Assembly: GCA_045594085.1 (NCBI GenBank)
Contig: JAZNXW010000009.1
Span: forward strand, 201,775 to 265,774
DNA: 64,000 bases
Reading direction: 5' to 3'
DNA from: Eubacteriales bacterium
GTDB taxonomy: Bacteria; Bacillota; Clostridia; Oscillospirales; CAG-272
Both the position numbers and the translations under genes were made by a program. The notes beneath the pieces were generated by a model. It saw only the letters and a list, made by a program, of their open reading frames with translations. It made no database searches and was not told the DNA's origin. Below, one piece after another: positions 16,785-26,021 of the stretch (its first letter is position 1; the number at the start of each line of letters is the position of its first letter).

Positions 16785-17732
16785 TTACTCGACAGGCACC
16801 TCAACTGTATCTATGATATACTGAATTATATTGGAGTTGGAATCGGAAAGGCGGATAGTTCCCTGCGAACGTGAGATTATACGGTGTGAAAGCACGGGAA
16901 CAGCGACAGCTTTAACGTCGTCGGGCAGGACGTAATCACGTCCTTGCATAGCCGCCCACGCCTGCGACGCACGCATAAGCGCGAGAGTTCCTCTCGGGCT
17001 GACGCCGAGGCGCACTCTGTCGGAGGAACGCGTTGCGTTGACTATGCTCACTATGTATTTTTTCACGAGAGCAGACACCTTTATGCGCTTGACAGCCTCC
17101 TGCGCGTCAACAACGTCCTGTCTTGTACAGACAGCTCCGAGCGATTCGAGCGGGGAGACTACGATATGCTCATCGAGCACCGCAAGCTCCGCTTCGGGTG
17201 CAGGATAGCCGAGTGCAAGCTTCATAAGAAAGCGGTCCGTCTGTGCTTCGGGGAGCGGGAAAGTGCCCTGAGACTCGATCGGATTCTGTGTTGCGATAAC
17301 AAAGAACGGTGCGGCAAGCTTATACGTTTCGCCGTCGATCGTTGTCTGGCGCTCACCCATACATTCGAGAAGCGCGGACTGTGTACGGGGTGTTGTACGG
17401 TTGATCTCGTCCGCGATGACAATATTTGTGAACACGGGTCCGCGTCTGAACACGAACTCATTTTCCTTTTGGCTGTAAAAATTAATTCCGGTGATATCAG
17501 ACGGAAGCAGGTCGGGCGTGAACTGGATTCGTTTGCAATCCGCCGAAACGGATTTGGCAAGCGCTTTTGCAAGCGTCGTCTTACCCGTACCGGGAATATC
17601 GTCTAAAAGGACATGTCCTTCGGAAAGAAGCGCGCAAACTATGTACTTAATCTCATCTGTTTTGCCGTAGATGACAGACGACACGTTGCCGACGATCTTT
17701 TTTGATATATCAAGAATTCCGTTATGATCCAT
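16785..17732 (-). CDS. MoxR-family AAA+ ATPase
   Basis: Walker A at GHVLLDDIPGTGKTTLAKALA, Walker B at VIADEINR, ATQNPIE and an AAA_lid segment. Start moved to ATG 17732 (MDHNGILD), which has an AAAGGAAC RBS. The longer ORF to 17897 lacks support. Confidence 0.88.
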   Translation of the reverse strand: MDHNGILDISKKIVGNVSSVIYGKTDEIKYIVCALLSEGHVLLDDIPGTGKTTLAKALAKSVSADCKRIQFTPDLLPSDITGINFYSQKENEFVFRRGPVFTNIVIADEINRTTPRTQSALLECMGERQTTIDGETYKLAAPFFVIATQNPIESQGTFPLPEAQTDRFLMKLALGYPAPEAELAVLDEHIVVSPLESLGAVCTRQDVVDAQEAVKRIKVSALVKKYIVSIVNATRSSDRVRLGVSPRGTLALMRASQAWAAMQGRDYVLPDDVKAVAVPVLSHRIISRSQGTIRLSDSNSNIIQYIIDTVEVPVE

Positions 17733-17781
17733 TTTTGTCCGTTCCTTTCTTTTCGGTATAAAACCGAAGTGACCTATTTTA

Positions 17782-17810
17782 ATTATAGCACAGTTTTTTC
17801 GCGTATGCAA
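17782..17810 (-). promoter_or_regulatory. Sigma-A type promoter for the moxR operon (TTGCAT-17 nt-TGcTATAAT)
   Basis: Reverse strand: -35 at 17810-17805, -10 at 17787-17782, 17-nt spacer, extended TG. Confidence 0.65.
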
Positions 17811-17828
17811 CAATGTCCGCATGAATTC

Positions 17829-17867
17829 ACAAAAGAGAAAAAGACGGAGGCATTTCGCTTCCGTCTT
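17829..17867 (-). terminator. Hairpin plus U-rich tract between two reverse-strand promoters
   Basis: 10-bp stem (17858-17867 / 17841-17850, one G-U), 7-nt loop, then UUUCUCUUUUGU on the reverse strand (17840-17829). Confidence 0.55.
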
Positions 17868-17885
17868 CCCGATTTTCGCACACAT

Positions 17886-17914
17886 ATTATACCACAAATT
17901 TTATTTAAACACAA
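17886..17914 (-). promoter_or_regulatory. Candidate promoter (TTGTGT-17 nt-TGgTATAAT) reading into the 17829-17867 hairpin
   Basis: Reverse strand: -35 at 17914-17909 (weak), -10 at 17891-17886, extended TG. Confidence 0.45.
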
Positions 17915-18026
17915 GTCTTGTAATTTAATATGCGCTGAAATATAATCTATGATGCGGCACATTGACAAAATCTCATTTTTGTTAATGAATTGTGAACCCG
18001 AGTTATATAATTATCATTTAATTAAC

Positions 18027-18055
18027 TTGACTCTATATTAAATGACAAGTATAAT
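18027..18055 (+). promoter_or_regulatory. Near-consensus promoter of the ABC / DUF1854 / ABC operon (TTGACT-17 nt-TATAAT)
   Basis: -35 at 18027-18032, -10 at 18050-18055, 17-nt spacer by my count. Confidence 0.7.
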
Positions 18056-18126
18056 TGTATTTGGATTATTAAGGATTTTTATAAAATCTGTTAATATGCG
18101 CATTATTCAAGGAGGTGAACTCACCT

Positions 18127-20484
18127 GTGACCGAACTTTTTGACATTCACGAGTCAGTGAAGGCGGCGCTGCTCGAAAAAGGAATTCCCTACGACAGCGT
18201 TAAAATCGCCGCAAAAACAGACCTCAACCGCGATTGCATCCCGACGGACAACTATCTATTCGTAACGGACACGGACGTTATCCTTTTGAGCGGTTCAATG
18301 ACGGGACTTCCTGATAAAAAGCCGTCAATATTCAAGCGTTCCTCACCCGTCCGCGAATTTGAAGTGCTCTCTTACGATTATCACGCGATCTCGGAGTTTG
18401 AAAGCTTTGACGTTGAGGAAATGCTTTCCTCGGCACGAATCGTCGCCGTTGTAAAACCTACCGCCGACTCGCTTGTACATACGCTTCTCATCGCGAATCT
18501 CTCGAATACATACAAAACAGAAGCATACAAATTCGTGCGTCTGGTAAACGAGATGATAAAGGGTGAAGAATCCGAAGACGAGCACGCCGACGGACACGGT
18601 CCTCACGGCCCTAACGCGGGATTCCGCCGCTACGACGACGATGACAAGAAGGAAGAGCTCTTCTGTCCGAAGTGCGGCAAGCGTTACGCAGATCCCGACC
18701 GAAAGATCTGCCCGAAATGTATGGACAAGGTCCACATTCTCAAGCGTTTTTCGGGCTTCTTCCTCCGTTACAAGGGTCAGCTTGCACTCATACTTATGAC
18801 CTTGATCCTAACGAGTGTACTGGGAGTACTCTCTCCTTATATTTCGAGCGGATTCTACTATGACGAGGTTCTTTCCGAGGACGGTAAGTTCGCAGGTCAA
18901 ATACTTCTCGTTATCGGAATCATCCTCGCAACAAGGATACTTTCGATGCTTGTTACGATGGTGAACAACCTCATTACATCCGTTATAGCGGCGCGCGTCA
19001 CCTACGATCTCAAAAAGGAGATCTTCAAGTCAATTGAGCGTCTTTCGATCAGTTATTTCACGAACCGTCAGACCGGTGGACTTATGACGCAGGTCAACCG
19101 CGACGCAACAAACATCTATCATTTTTTCTGTGACACCGTTCCCTACTTTCTCGTAAACGTATGTCAGGTGATCGGTATCGTCGTGATCATGTTCATTATG
19201 AACTGGAAGCTTTCGCTTCTTGCGCTTGCTACCGTTCCGATCGTTGCTTTCCTTATCAAAAAGCTCTTTGACAAAATGGACAAATATCACGCGAAGCGTT
19301 TCTCCGCGTCACGCTCTCTCAATTCGCTTTTGAGCGACGTTCTCACGGGTATCCGCGTTGTCAAGGCGTTCTCCAAGGAGGATGCGGAAGCTGAACGCTT
19401 CACTAAGCGCAACCGGACAGTTGCTTCGGCCGACAAAAAGGCTTCCGTTTACAACTCGACCGCATTTCCGCTCGTCAATTTCCTGCTCTACATCGGAAAC
19501 ATTCTGATTCTCGGAGTCGGCGGATGGATGGTCATCAAGCGCGAGATCTCCTACGGTGAGCTTCTCACCTTCACCGCATATATGAACATGGTATTCTCGC
19601 CGCTGATGTTCTTCATCGATGTAGTTTACATGATGACGGACAGCCTTAACTCCATGAACCGTCTTTCCGAGATCATGGACGCGATTCCCGACGTTACGGA
19701 AAGTGAAAATCCCATTTCGCTCGGAGACGTTAAGGGACACGTCACGTTTGACAAGGTCGAATTCGCATACGAAAAGAACCGCAAGATCATTGACGGCATC
19801 AGCTTTGACATTGAGCCCGGCAAGATCATCGGTATCGTAGGACACACGGGTGCGGGCAAGTCCACGCTTGCGAATCTTCTTATCCGTCTTTACGACACGG
19901 TATCGGGCGAGATCAAGATCGACGGCATCAACGTCCGCGATATTCCGTTTGAGGAGCTTCGCCGCAACATAGCGATCGTTTCTCAGGAAACTTACCTCTT
20001 CATGGGCACGATCAAGGATAACATCAAGTATGCCTGCCCCGACGCGACGGATGAGGATGTCATCACAGCCTCTAAAATCGCAGGAGCGCACGATTTCATC
20101 GTCAAGCTTCCCGACGGCTACAACACCATGATCGGCTTCGGATACAAGGATCTGTCGGGCGGTGAGCGTCAGCGAGTTTCCATCGCAAGAGCTATCCTGC
20201 TCAATCCCAAGATCCTCATTATGGATGAGGCGACAGCCGCTATGGACACACAGACGGAGCGTCAGATCCAAACAGCGCTCGAACAGCTCATCAAGGGACG
20301 CACGACCATTATGATCGCGCACCGTCTCTCAACTTTGCGTGACGCCGACCATCTCATCGTCATCGAAAACGGTAAGATGCCCGAATTCGGCACGCACGCC
20401 GAGCTTATCCGCAGCAAGGGTATATATTACGGTCTTTACAAGATGCAGATGGAAGCGCTCCGCAACATCGGCATTGAAGGCTGA
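18127..20484 (+). CDS. ABC exporter (fused TMD-NBD) with a ~180-aa N-terminal cytoplasmic domain and a CxxC..CxxC zinc ribbon
   Basis: Zinc ribbon CPKCGKRYADPDRKICPKC (from about 18664), six-TM exporter domain, Walker A GHTGAGKST, signature LSGGERQ, Walker B ILIMDEAT. The ORF-track start 18115 overlaps the GGAGG itself, so the in-frame GTG at 18127 is preferred. Confidence 0.88.
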   Translation: MTELFDIHESVKAALLEKGIPYDSVKIAAKTDLNRDCIPTDNYLFVTDTDVILLSGSMTGLPDKKPSIFKRSSPVREFEVLSYDYHAISEFESFDVEEMLSSARIVAVVKPTADSLVHTLLIANLSNTYKTEAYKFVRLVNEMIKGEESEDEHADGHGPHGPNAGFRRYDDDDKKEELFCPKCGKRYADPDRKICPKCMDKVHILKRFSGFFLRYKGQLALILMTLILTSVLGVLSPYISSGFYYDEVLSEDGKFAGQILLVIGIILATRILSMLVTMVNNLITSVIAARVTYDLKKEIFKSIERLSISYFTNRQTGGLMTQVNRDATNIYHFFCDTVPYFLVNVCQVIGIVVIMFIMNWKLSLLALATVPIVAFLIKKLFDKMDKYHAKRFSASRSLNSLLSDVLTGIRVVKAFSKEDAEAERFTKRNRTVASADKKASVYNSTAFPLVNFLLYIGNILILGVGGWMVIKREISYGELLTFTAYMNMVFSPLMFFIDVVYMMTDSLNSMNRLSEIMDAIPDVTESENPISLGDVKGHVTFDKVEFAYEKNRKIIDGISFDIEPGKIIGIVGHTGAGKSTLANLLIRLYDTVSGEIKIDGINVRDIPFEELRRNIAIVSQETYLFMGTIKDNIKYACPDATDEDVITASKIAGAHDFIVKLPDGYNTMIGFGYKDLSGGERQRVSIARAILLNPKILIMDEATAAMDTQTERQIQTALEQLIKGRTTIMIAHRLSTLRDADHLIVIENGKMPEFGTHAELIRSKGIYYGLYKMQMEALRNIGIEG

Positions 20485-20513
20485 CGACAGCAAAACGATC
20501 AGGAGGAATCATT

Positions 20514-21074
20514 ATGAAAGAACTCAAAACAACCGCTCTTTCCGAAGTTGTTTCCATAACATATATCACGACCGAAAACTCCGTTTTCAAGCGTGAGGGC
20601 GATTTCCTCTCCCTCAAGGTCGATCTTCCCGTCGGAACAGGTCCCGACGGCGAGCCCACCGGCGGTAAAAAGTATTACGACAGGATCTATCTGCACCGTT
20701 CCTTCCCTTACGAGCATCATTACCGCTACATTTCCGTGCTCGATCACGAAAATGCCGAGATCGGTTTGATCTCCAACGTTGACGATTTCGACGAAGAGAC
20801 GGCAAAAATGCTCCGTGCAGAGCTCGACCGCAAGTATTACGCTCCCGTCATCACGAAGATCCTCTCCGTCAAGGAGCGCTACGGCTACTCCTATTGGGAA
20901 GCAATGTCCGGCGAACGTCATCTCTCCTTCACGATCAGAGACACGTTCCGTTCCATCCTCAAGGTTACCCCGGATCACATCTTCATCACAGACAACGACT
21001 CCAATCGCTACGAGATTCCCAATGTCGAGGAGCTCGACCGTAAGAGCTACAAAAAGATCGAGCTTTACCTCTGA
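20514..21074 (+). CDS. DUF1854 domain protein (ABC-exporter associated, function unknown)
   Basis: LHRSFPYEHHYRYISVLDHENAEIGLISNVDDF..ELDRKYYAPVITKILSVKE..ITDNDSNRYEIPNVEELDRKSYKKIE fits my recollection of the DUF1854 pattern and its typical position between two ABC genes. GGAGG RBS. Confidence 0.7.
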   Translation: MKELKTTALSEVVSITYITTENSVFKREGDFLSLKVDLPVGTGPDGEPTGGKKYYDRIYLHRSFPYEHHYRYISVLDHENAEIGLISNVDDFDEETAKMLRAELDRKYYAPVITKILSVKERYGYSYWEAMSGERHLSFTIRDTFRSILKVTPDHIFITDNDSNRYEIPNVEELDRKSYKKIELYL

Positions 21075-21106
21075 TCCGACTCCATAAAGAAAGGAGTGTT
21101 ATTACT

Positions 21107-23338
21107 ATGAGCGAACGAATAGAGTTGACCTCACGTTTGTGCCGAATCAATCCCGACGTTTCGCCCGAGGACGTTATCGTTGCCTTCAGCTTTGATCTGA
21201 AGCACGACGAATCCGAGGAGCTGACCGACGGTTTTGTTGCCGTCACCGACAAAAAGGTCTACGTATACGAGCACGACGTGCTCATCGCCGGCTACGACAC
21301 AGAAAAAATAACCGAATACAAATATGTTGCAGGCGTCGGATGTGTATTTGCGGAATGCACCGTAGACGGTGTTCACACGCTTCTCTGCCGCGGCTCGATG
21401 AGTCACAGAGATGCATATTCCTCGATCCTCTGGCAGCTCAACAGACGTCTTGAGCACGGCAGCAAGTACAATTACGCATACGAAGAGGATCTCGACACCG
21501 TATGTCCCGAATGTCAGAGAAAATATCCTCCGGGATCCCACATTTGTCCGCATTGCACCGCAAAGGCGGGCTATCTGAAACGAGTATGGGAGATTGCAAA
21601 GCCCTACCGCGCCTACATCTTCTTCTCGATTTTCCTTTATTTTGTCACGGCGGCAGTACAGCTTATCCCGCCCGAGCTCAATCGCATACTCGTGGACAAA
21701 TATATTGACGCTGAAAACGCGCTTGAAATGTCTACAGAAGCAGTATTCATCACGGGATTTTTGACAGTTATTCTCTCAATTTTGATGGTGAACATACTTC
21801 AGCGTGTTCTCGGTGTAGTCCGCAGTCTTGCAATGATCAACGCCGGCACCAAGATCATCGTAGCACTTCGCGACATGGTATTTTCAAAGATCCAGCAGCT
21901 TTCCGTTTCACGTATCTCAAAAAGAACGGCGGGTGAGCTGATTAACCGCGTCACGAACGACACAAACCAGCTTCAAGGCTTCATCACAAACGAGATCGGC
22001 GGATTTGTCGAGCAGATCATCATCTTCATCGTCGTTTCCGTCATACTTTTCATCTATGACTGGCGTCTCGCACTTCTCATTCTCGCACCTGCACCGTTTG
22101 TCATCATCGCAAATCGTATGTTCAGAACGAAAATGCACCGCATGTTCCACCGTCAATGGCAGATGAACTCGCGCGCGAACACGATCCTTCACGACATCTT
22201 CAGCGGAATCCGAGTTGTCAAGGCATTCGGCATGGAGCACCGCGAAATGGAGCGATACGACAAGGCTACGCACGACGAATGCGACGCACAGGTCATATCC
22301 GAAACGTTCTTCGCCAAGTTCTCCCCTCTTATGGGATTCCTTATGGGAATCGGTGAGTTCTTCCTGCTCTACTACGTCGGCGCGAAGATCCTTGACGGCA
22401 CGATGACGCTCGGCGAAATGCAAAAATTCACCGCTTACGTCAGCATCATCTACGGACCTCTGCGTTGGGTAGCAATGTTCCCGCGCCGTTGGGAGCGCAC
22501 AATGACGAGCATAGTCAAGATCTTCGACATCATTGACGAGGATGTTGACGTAAAGGACGCTCACGACGCAAAGGAGATAGACGTTCAGGGTTACATTGAA
22601 TTCAAGGACGTTTCCTTCGGATATGATACAGGTGCAAACGTACTTCACGACGTTTCACTCAAGGTTGAGCCGGGTGATTTCATCGGCATTGTCGGACGCT
22701 CCGGCGTCGGCAAATCGACACTCATTAACCTCGTTATGCGTCTTTACGACGTAGACGACGGCACCATCACGATCGACGGCACTGACATACGCGACATTTC
22801 GCAGTCTTCCCTGCGCTCACAGATTGGCGTCGTGCTTCAGGAGACCTTCCTCTTCTCGGGCACCGTCTACGACAACATCGCATACGCGAAGCCGTCTGCG
22901 ACCCGCGATGAGGTTCTTGCGGCAGCGAAGCTTGCGGGAGCGCACAGCTTCATTATGAAGATGCCCGATGCCTACAACACTAAGGTTGGCGAAAAGGGAC
23001 ACACGCTCTCCGGCGGCGAGCGTCAGCGCATTGCGATTGCGCGTGCGCTTCTCCACGATCCGCGCATTCTTATTCTTGACGAAGCTACGGCATCGCTCGA
23101 CACGGAGACTGAAAAGCAGATTCAAGACGCTCTTCAGATCCTGTCTCAAAACAGAACGACGCTCGCTATCGCGCATCGTCTGTCCACGCTCCGCAACGCG
23201 ACGAAACTCATCGTCCTCGACAAAGGCACCGTCGCCGAGATCGGCACTCACGACGAGCTTATGCGCAAGGGCGGCATCTATTACGGTCTTGTTATGGCAC
23301 AGCGTCAGATGTCAAGAATGGCACCGAAAAACGCATAA
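21107..23338 (+). CDS. ABC exporter (fused TMD-NBD) with a paralogous N-terminal domain and zinc ribbon; presumed heterodimer partner
   Basis: Zinc ribbon CPECQRKYPPGSHICPHC (from about 21503), Walker A GRSGVGKST, LSGGERQ, ILILDEAT. The N-terminal domain shares the ..VTD..V.. and ..HTLL.. blocks with the first ABC protein. Confidence 0.9.
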   Translation: MSERIELTSRLCRINPDVSPEDVIVAFSFDLKHDESEELTDGFVAVTDKKVYVYEHDVLIAGYDTEKITEYKYVAGVGCVFAECTVDGVHTLLCRGSMSHRDAYSSILWQLNRRLEHGSKYNYAYEEDLDTVCPECQRKYPPGSHICPHCTAKAGYLKRVWEIAKPYRAYIFFSIFLYFVTAAVQLIPPELNRILVDKYIDAENALEMSTEAVFITGFLTVILSILMVNILQRVLGVVRSLAMINAGTKIIVALRDMVFSKIQQLSVSRISKRTAGELINRVTNDTNQLQGFITNEIGGFVEQIIIFIVVSVILFIYDWRLALLILAPAPFVIIANRMFRTKMHRMFHRQWQMNSRANTILHDIFSGIRVVKAFGMEHREMERYDKATHDECDAQVISETFFAKFSPLMGFLMGIGEFFLLYYVGAKILDGTMTLGEMQKFTAYVSIIYGPLRWVAMFPRRWERTMTSIVKIFDIIDEDVDVKDAHDAKEIDVQGYIEFKDVSFGYDTGANVLHDVSLKVEPGDFIGIVGRSGVGKSTLINLVMRLYDVDDGTITIDGTDIRDISQSSLRSQIGVVLQETFLFSGTVYDNIAYAKPSATRDEVLAAAKLAGAHSFIMKMPDAYNTKVGEKGHTLSGGERQRIAIARALLHDPRILILDEATASLDTETEKQIQDALQILSQNRTTLAIAHRLSTLRNATKLIVLDKGTVAEIGTHDELMRKGGIYYGLVMAQRQMSRMAPKNA

Positions 23339-23367
23339 CGAACTGTCTTCCCCGCAAAATCACACAA

Positions 23368-23397
23368 CAAAAAAAGCACCCGATCGGGTGCTTTTTT
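23368..23397. terminator. Bidirectional rho-independent terminator
   Basis: Stem AGCACCC/GGGTGCT (23375-23381 / 23386-23392), GATC loop, A-run before and T6 after, between convergent genes. Confidence 0.85.
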
Positions 23398-23399
23398 AT

Positions 23400-24170
23400 T
23401 TATTCTTCATCCTGTTCCCAGTTGTGGAAGACGTTCTGTACGTCATCGTTATCGTCGAGCATATCAAGAAGTGTATTCATATTCTTGATCGCATCCTCGT
23501 CTGTAAGGGTGACGTAGCTCTGAGGAACCATATCCTTTTCAGCAGAGATGACGGGGTAGCCTGCCGCTTCAAGAGCTTCTCTGATAGCGGAGAGGTCATT
23601 GGGCTCCGTAGAAATCTCAAATCCTTCATCATCGGGGATGAAATCGGTAGCGCCTGCCTCGAGTGCGGCTTCCATAAGCTCATCCTCGGAAACGGGAGTG
23701 GGCTTTGTTCCTCTCGGTGCCTTGGGATCAGGCTCGATCTCCTTTGCGACGAGAATGACGCCGCGCTCCGTAAACATATAGCTTACGCAACCGTTAGTTC
23801 CCATATTTCCGCCGTACTTATCGAAGTAGTGACGCATTTCACCTGCGGTACGGTTTCTGTTATCTGTCGTTGTTTCAACAATAACGGCAACGCCGCACGG
23901 ACCGTAGCCCTCATAGGTAACCTCTTCGTAAACTGTACCGTCATTGCCGGACGCCTTTTTGAGGGTACGTTCGATGTTATCGTTGGGCACATTATTTGCC
24001 TTTGCCTTTGCGATAAGGTCGCGGAGCTTGGAGTTGGATGCGGGATCGACGCCGCCTTCGCGGACTGCAATGGCTATCTCCTTACCGATCTTCGTGAACA
24101 CCTTGGCGCGCTGGGCGTCTGTTTTTTCTTTCTTGTGTTTTATGTTGTTCCATTTGCTGTGGCCGGACAT
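23400..24170 (-). CDS. yebC: YebC/PmpR-family DNA-binding regulatory protein
   Basis: MSGHSKWNNIKHKKEKTDAQRAKVFTKIGKEI.. is the invariant family N-terminus; 256 aa. Confidence 0.92.
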   Translation of the reverse strand: MSGHSKWNNIKHKKEKTDAQRAKVFTKIGKEIAIAVREGGVDPASNSKLRDLIAKAKANNVPNDNIERTLKKASGNDGTVYEEVTYEGYGPCGVAVIVETTTDNRNRTAGEMRHYFDKYGGNMGTNGCVSYMFTERGVILVAKEIEPDPKAPRGTKPTPVSEDELMEAALEAGATDFIPDDEGFEISTEPNDLSAIREALEAAGYPVISAEKDMVPQSYVTLTDEDAIKNMNTLLDMLDDNDDVQNVFHNWEQDEE

Positions 24171-24206
24171 AAAAACCTCCGTACAATAATTAAATTTAGC
24201 GTAAGA

Positions 24207-25940
24207 TCAGATGCGTTCCGTCTTCTTCATGCAGATGAGCTCAAGTGCGTTACCGAGCACAGAGTTGACTGCTTCGACAAGACCGAGACGGAAGGACTTT
24301 GTTTCTTCATTTTCTGCCGTTAAGATCGGGCAGTTATGATAGAAGCGGTTGAAATCGCCGCAAACATCGAGGATATATCTCGTTACGATAGAGGGCTCAT
24401 ATTCGCTGATTGCGGAGTTAATAACCTCACCGAAACGCGAAAGCGTAATCAGGAGCTGACGCTCTTCATCGGCTGTTATTTTGCCGCCGGACGACTTTAC
24501 GCCGTCTGCCGAAGCCTTATTCTTAACGCTGCAGGTTCTTGCGTAGGTATACATCGCATACGGACCCGTATTGCCGTCGAAGTTGAGTGCGTCTTCCATA
24601 TTGAAGTTGATATCACGGATGCGGTTGGAGGAAAGATAGTAGAAAATGATAGCGCCCACGCCGACAGCCTCGGCTGTTGCGGCCTTTTCTTCGTCGGAGA
24701 GCGTCGGATTTTTGACCGACACAATTTCCGACACCTTTTCGATAGCAGTACGGAAGAGATCTTTGAGCAGGATGACGTTACCCGTTCTCGTTGCAAGCTT
24801 TTCGCCGTTGATGCTGACTGTACCGTACGGGACGTGGACGAGCTTATCGTACCAATCGTAACCCATAAGCTGAACCACTCTGAACCACTGTGCAAAGTGG
24901 AGGCTCTGACCTGCGGATGTGACATATATGCACTTATCGAAGTCGTACTCACGCTTTCTGTAAACAGCGGCGGAGATGTCACGTGTGGGATAGAGGGTGG
25001 AGCCGTCACGCTTCAGGATAAGGCAAGGCGGCATATTGAACTCGGAAAGATCAACGATAGATGCGCCGTCGTCGAGCTTAAGCAGGTTCATTTCGCGGAG
25101 CTTTTCAACCTGCTCGGGCATTTTATCTGTATAGAAGCTTTCTCCGGCATAGCTGTCAAAGGTAATACCGAGCTGATTATACGTTACGTTATATTCATTG
25201 AAGCTAACCTCAATGAACCAACGCCAAAGGGCGAGATTATCCTCGTCGCCGTCCTCGAGCTTACGGAATTCGGCACGGGCACGATTCTCGAGCTCGTGAT
25301 CCTTCTCCGCTTCAGCGTGGAACTTTACATAAAGCGCGACGAGCTCATCGATGCCGCCTGCTTCGATCTTTTCTCTGTCGCCCCAAAGACGGTATGCGAC
25401 GATCATTTTACCGAACTGGGTTCCCCAGTCACCGAGATGATTGATACCGACACAGTTGTAACCGCAGAATTCGTGGAGCTTCTTGAGCGAATGACCGATA
25501 ACGGTCGTTCCGAGATGACCGATATGGAAAGGCTTTGCTACATTAGGAGATGAATAGTCGAGAACGACTGTTTTGCCCTCACCGACGTTACTGCGTCCGT
25601 AAGCTTCGCCCTTTTTCGCGATCTCTGCATAGACTGCTTCGGTAATATATTCGTCAGCGATGCGGAAATTGAGATAACCGCCGGCAAGTGTCATTTCTGC
25701 GACACCCGAAAGAAGCGAATTTTCGTTGATGTACGTGCTTATCGCCTGCGCTATCTTTGGAGGCGCGTTACGAAGCTCGCGGCTGAAGCGGAAGCAAGGA
25801 AGCGCAAGGTCGCCCATAGACTTATCGGGCGGATATTCGAGATAAGACGCAATATCCTCAGCCTTTACTGCGCTGTCGGGATAAACCGCAGAGATCGCAG
25901 CTTTTGCGGCTTCGGCGATTTTGTTTTTCAGATTAAGCAT
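24207..25940 (-). CDS. argS: Arginine--tRNA ligase
   Basis: 577 aa. SSPNVAKPFHIGHLGTTVIGHSL (HIGH) and a C-terminal anticodon-binding DALR-type region. Confidence 0.92.
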   Translation of the reverse strand: MLNLKNKIAEAAKAAISAVYPDSAVKAEDIASYLEYPPDKSMGDLALPCFRFSRELRNAPPKIAQAISTYINENSLLSGVAEMTLAGGYLNFRIADEYITEAVYAEIAKKGEAYGRSNVGEGKTVVLDYSSPNVAKPFHIGHLGTTVIGHSLKKLHEFCGYNCVGINHLGDWGTQFGKMIVAYRLWGDREKIEAGGIDELVALYVKFHAEAEKDHELENRARAEFRKLEDGDEDNLALWRWFIEVSFNEYNVTYNQLGITFDSYAGESFYTDKMPEQVEKLREMNLLKLDDGASIVDLSEFNMPPCLILKRDGSTLYPTRDISAAVYRKREYDFDKCIYVTSAGQSLHFAQWFRVVQLMGYDWYDKLVHVPYGTVSINGEKLATRTGNVILLKDLFRTAIEKVSEIVSVKNPTLSDEEKAATAEAVGVGAIIFYYLSSNRIRDINFNMEDALNFDGNTGPYAMYTYARTCSVKNKASADGVKSSGGKITADEERQLLITLSRFGEVINSAISEYEPSIVTRYILDVCGDFNRFYHNCPILTAENEETKSFRLGLVEAVNSVLGNALELICMKKTERI

Positions 25941-25983
25941 TTTTTCTGTCCTTATCTATGATTTAGGATCAATTATATCGCAG

Positions 25984-26011
25984 TTTCGTCCCGAGAGATC
26001 CCGGGACGAAA
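25984..26011 (-). other. 10-bp stem-loop between the prs stop and the argS start, with no U-tract
   Basis: TTTCGTCCCG (25984-25993) pairs with CGGGACGAAA (26002-26011). On the reverse strand it is followed by AACUGCG, so it is not a canonical terminator and may be a processing or stability element. Confidence 0.35.
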
Positions 26012-26021
26012 GAGTTGATCT

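Noticed and set aside
17733-17968. Track ORFs 17724-17945 (+, 73 aa), 17783-17968 (-, 61 aa) and the long N-terminal extension of MoxR (to 17897).
   Set aside because: They lie in the AT-rich divergent promoter region, lack RBSs and have non-protein-like sequence. The MoxR family N-terminus begins at the RBS-preceded ATG 17732.
22968-24323. 451-aa + strand ORF spanning the end of ABC2, a terminator and all of yebC.
   Set aside because: It crosses a strong bidirectional terminator and two well-supported genes on both strands, and its sequence is low-complexity.
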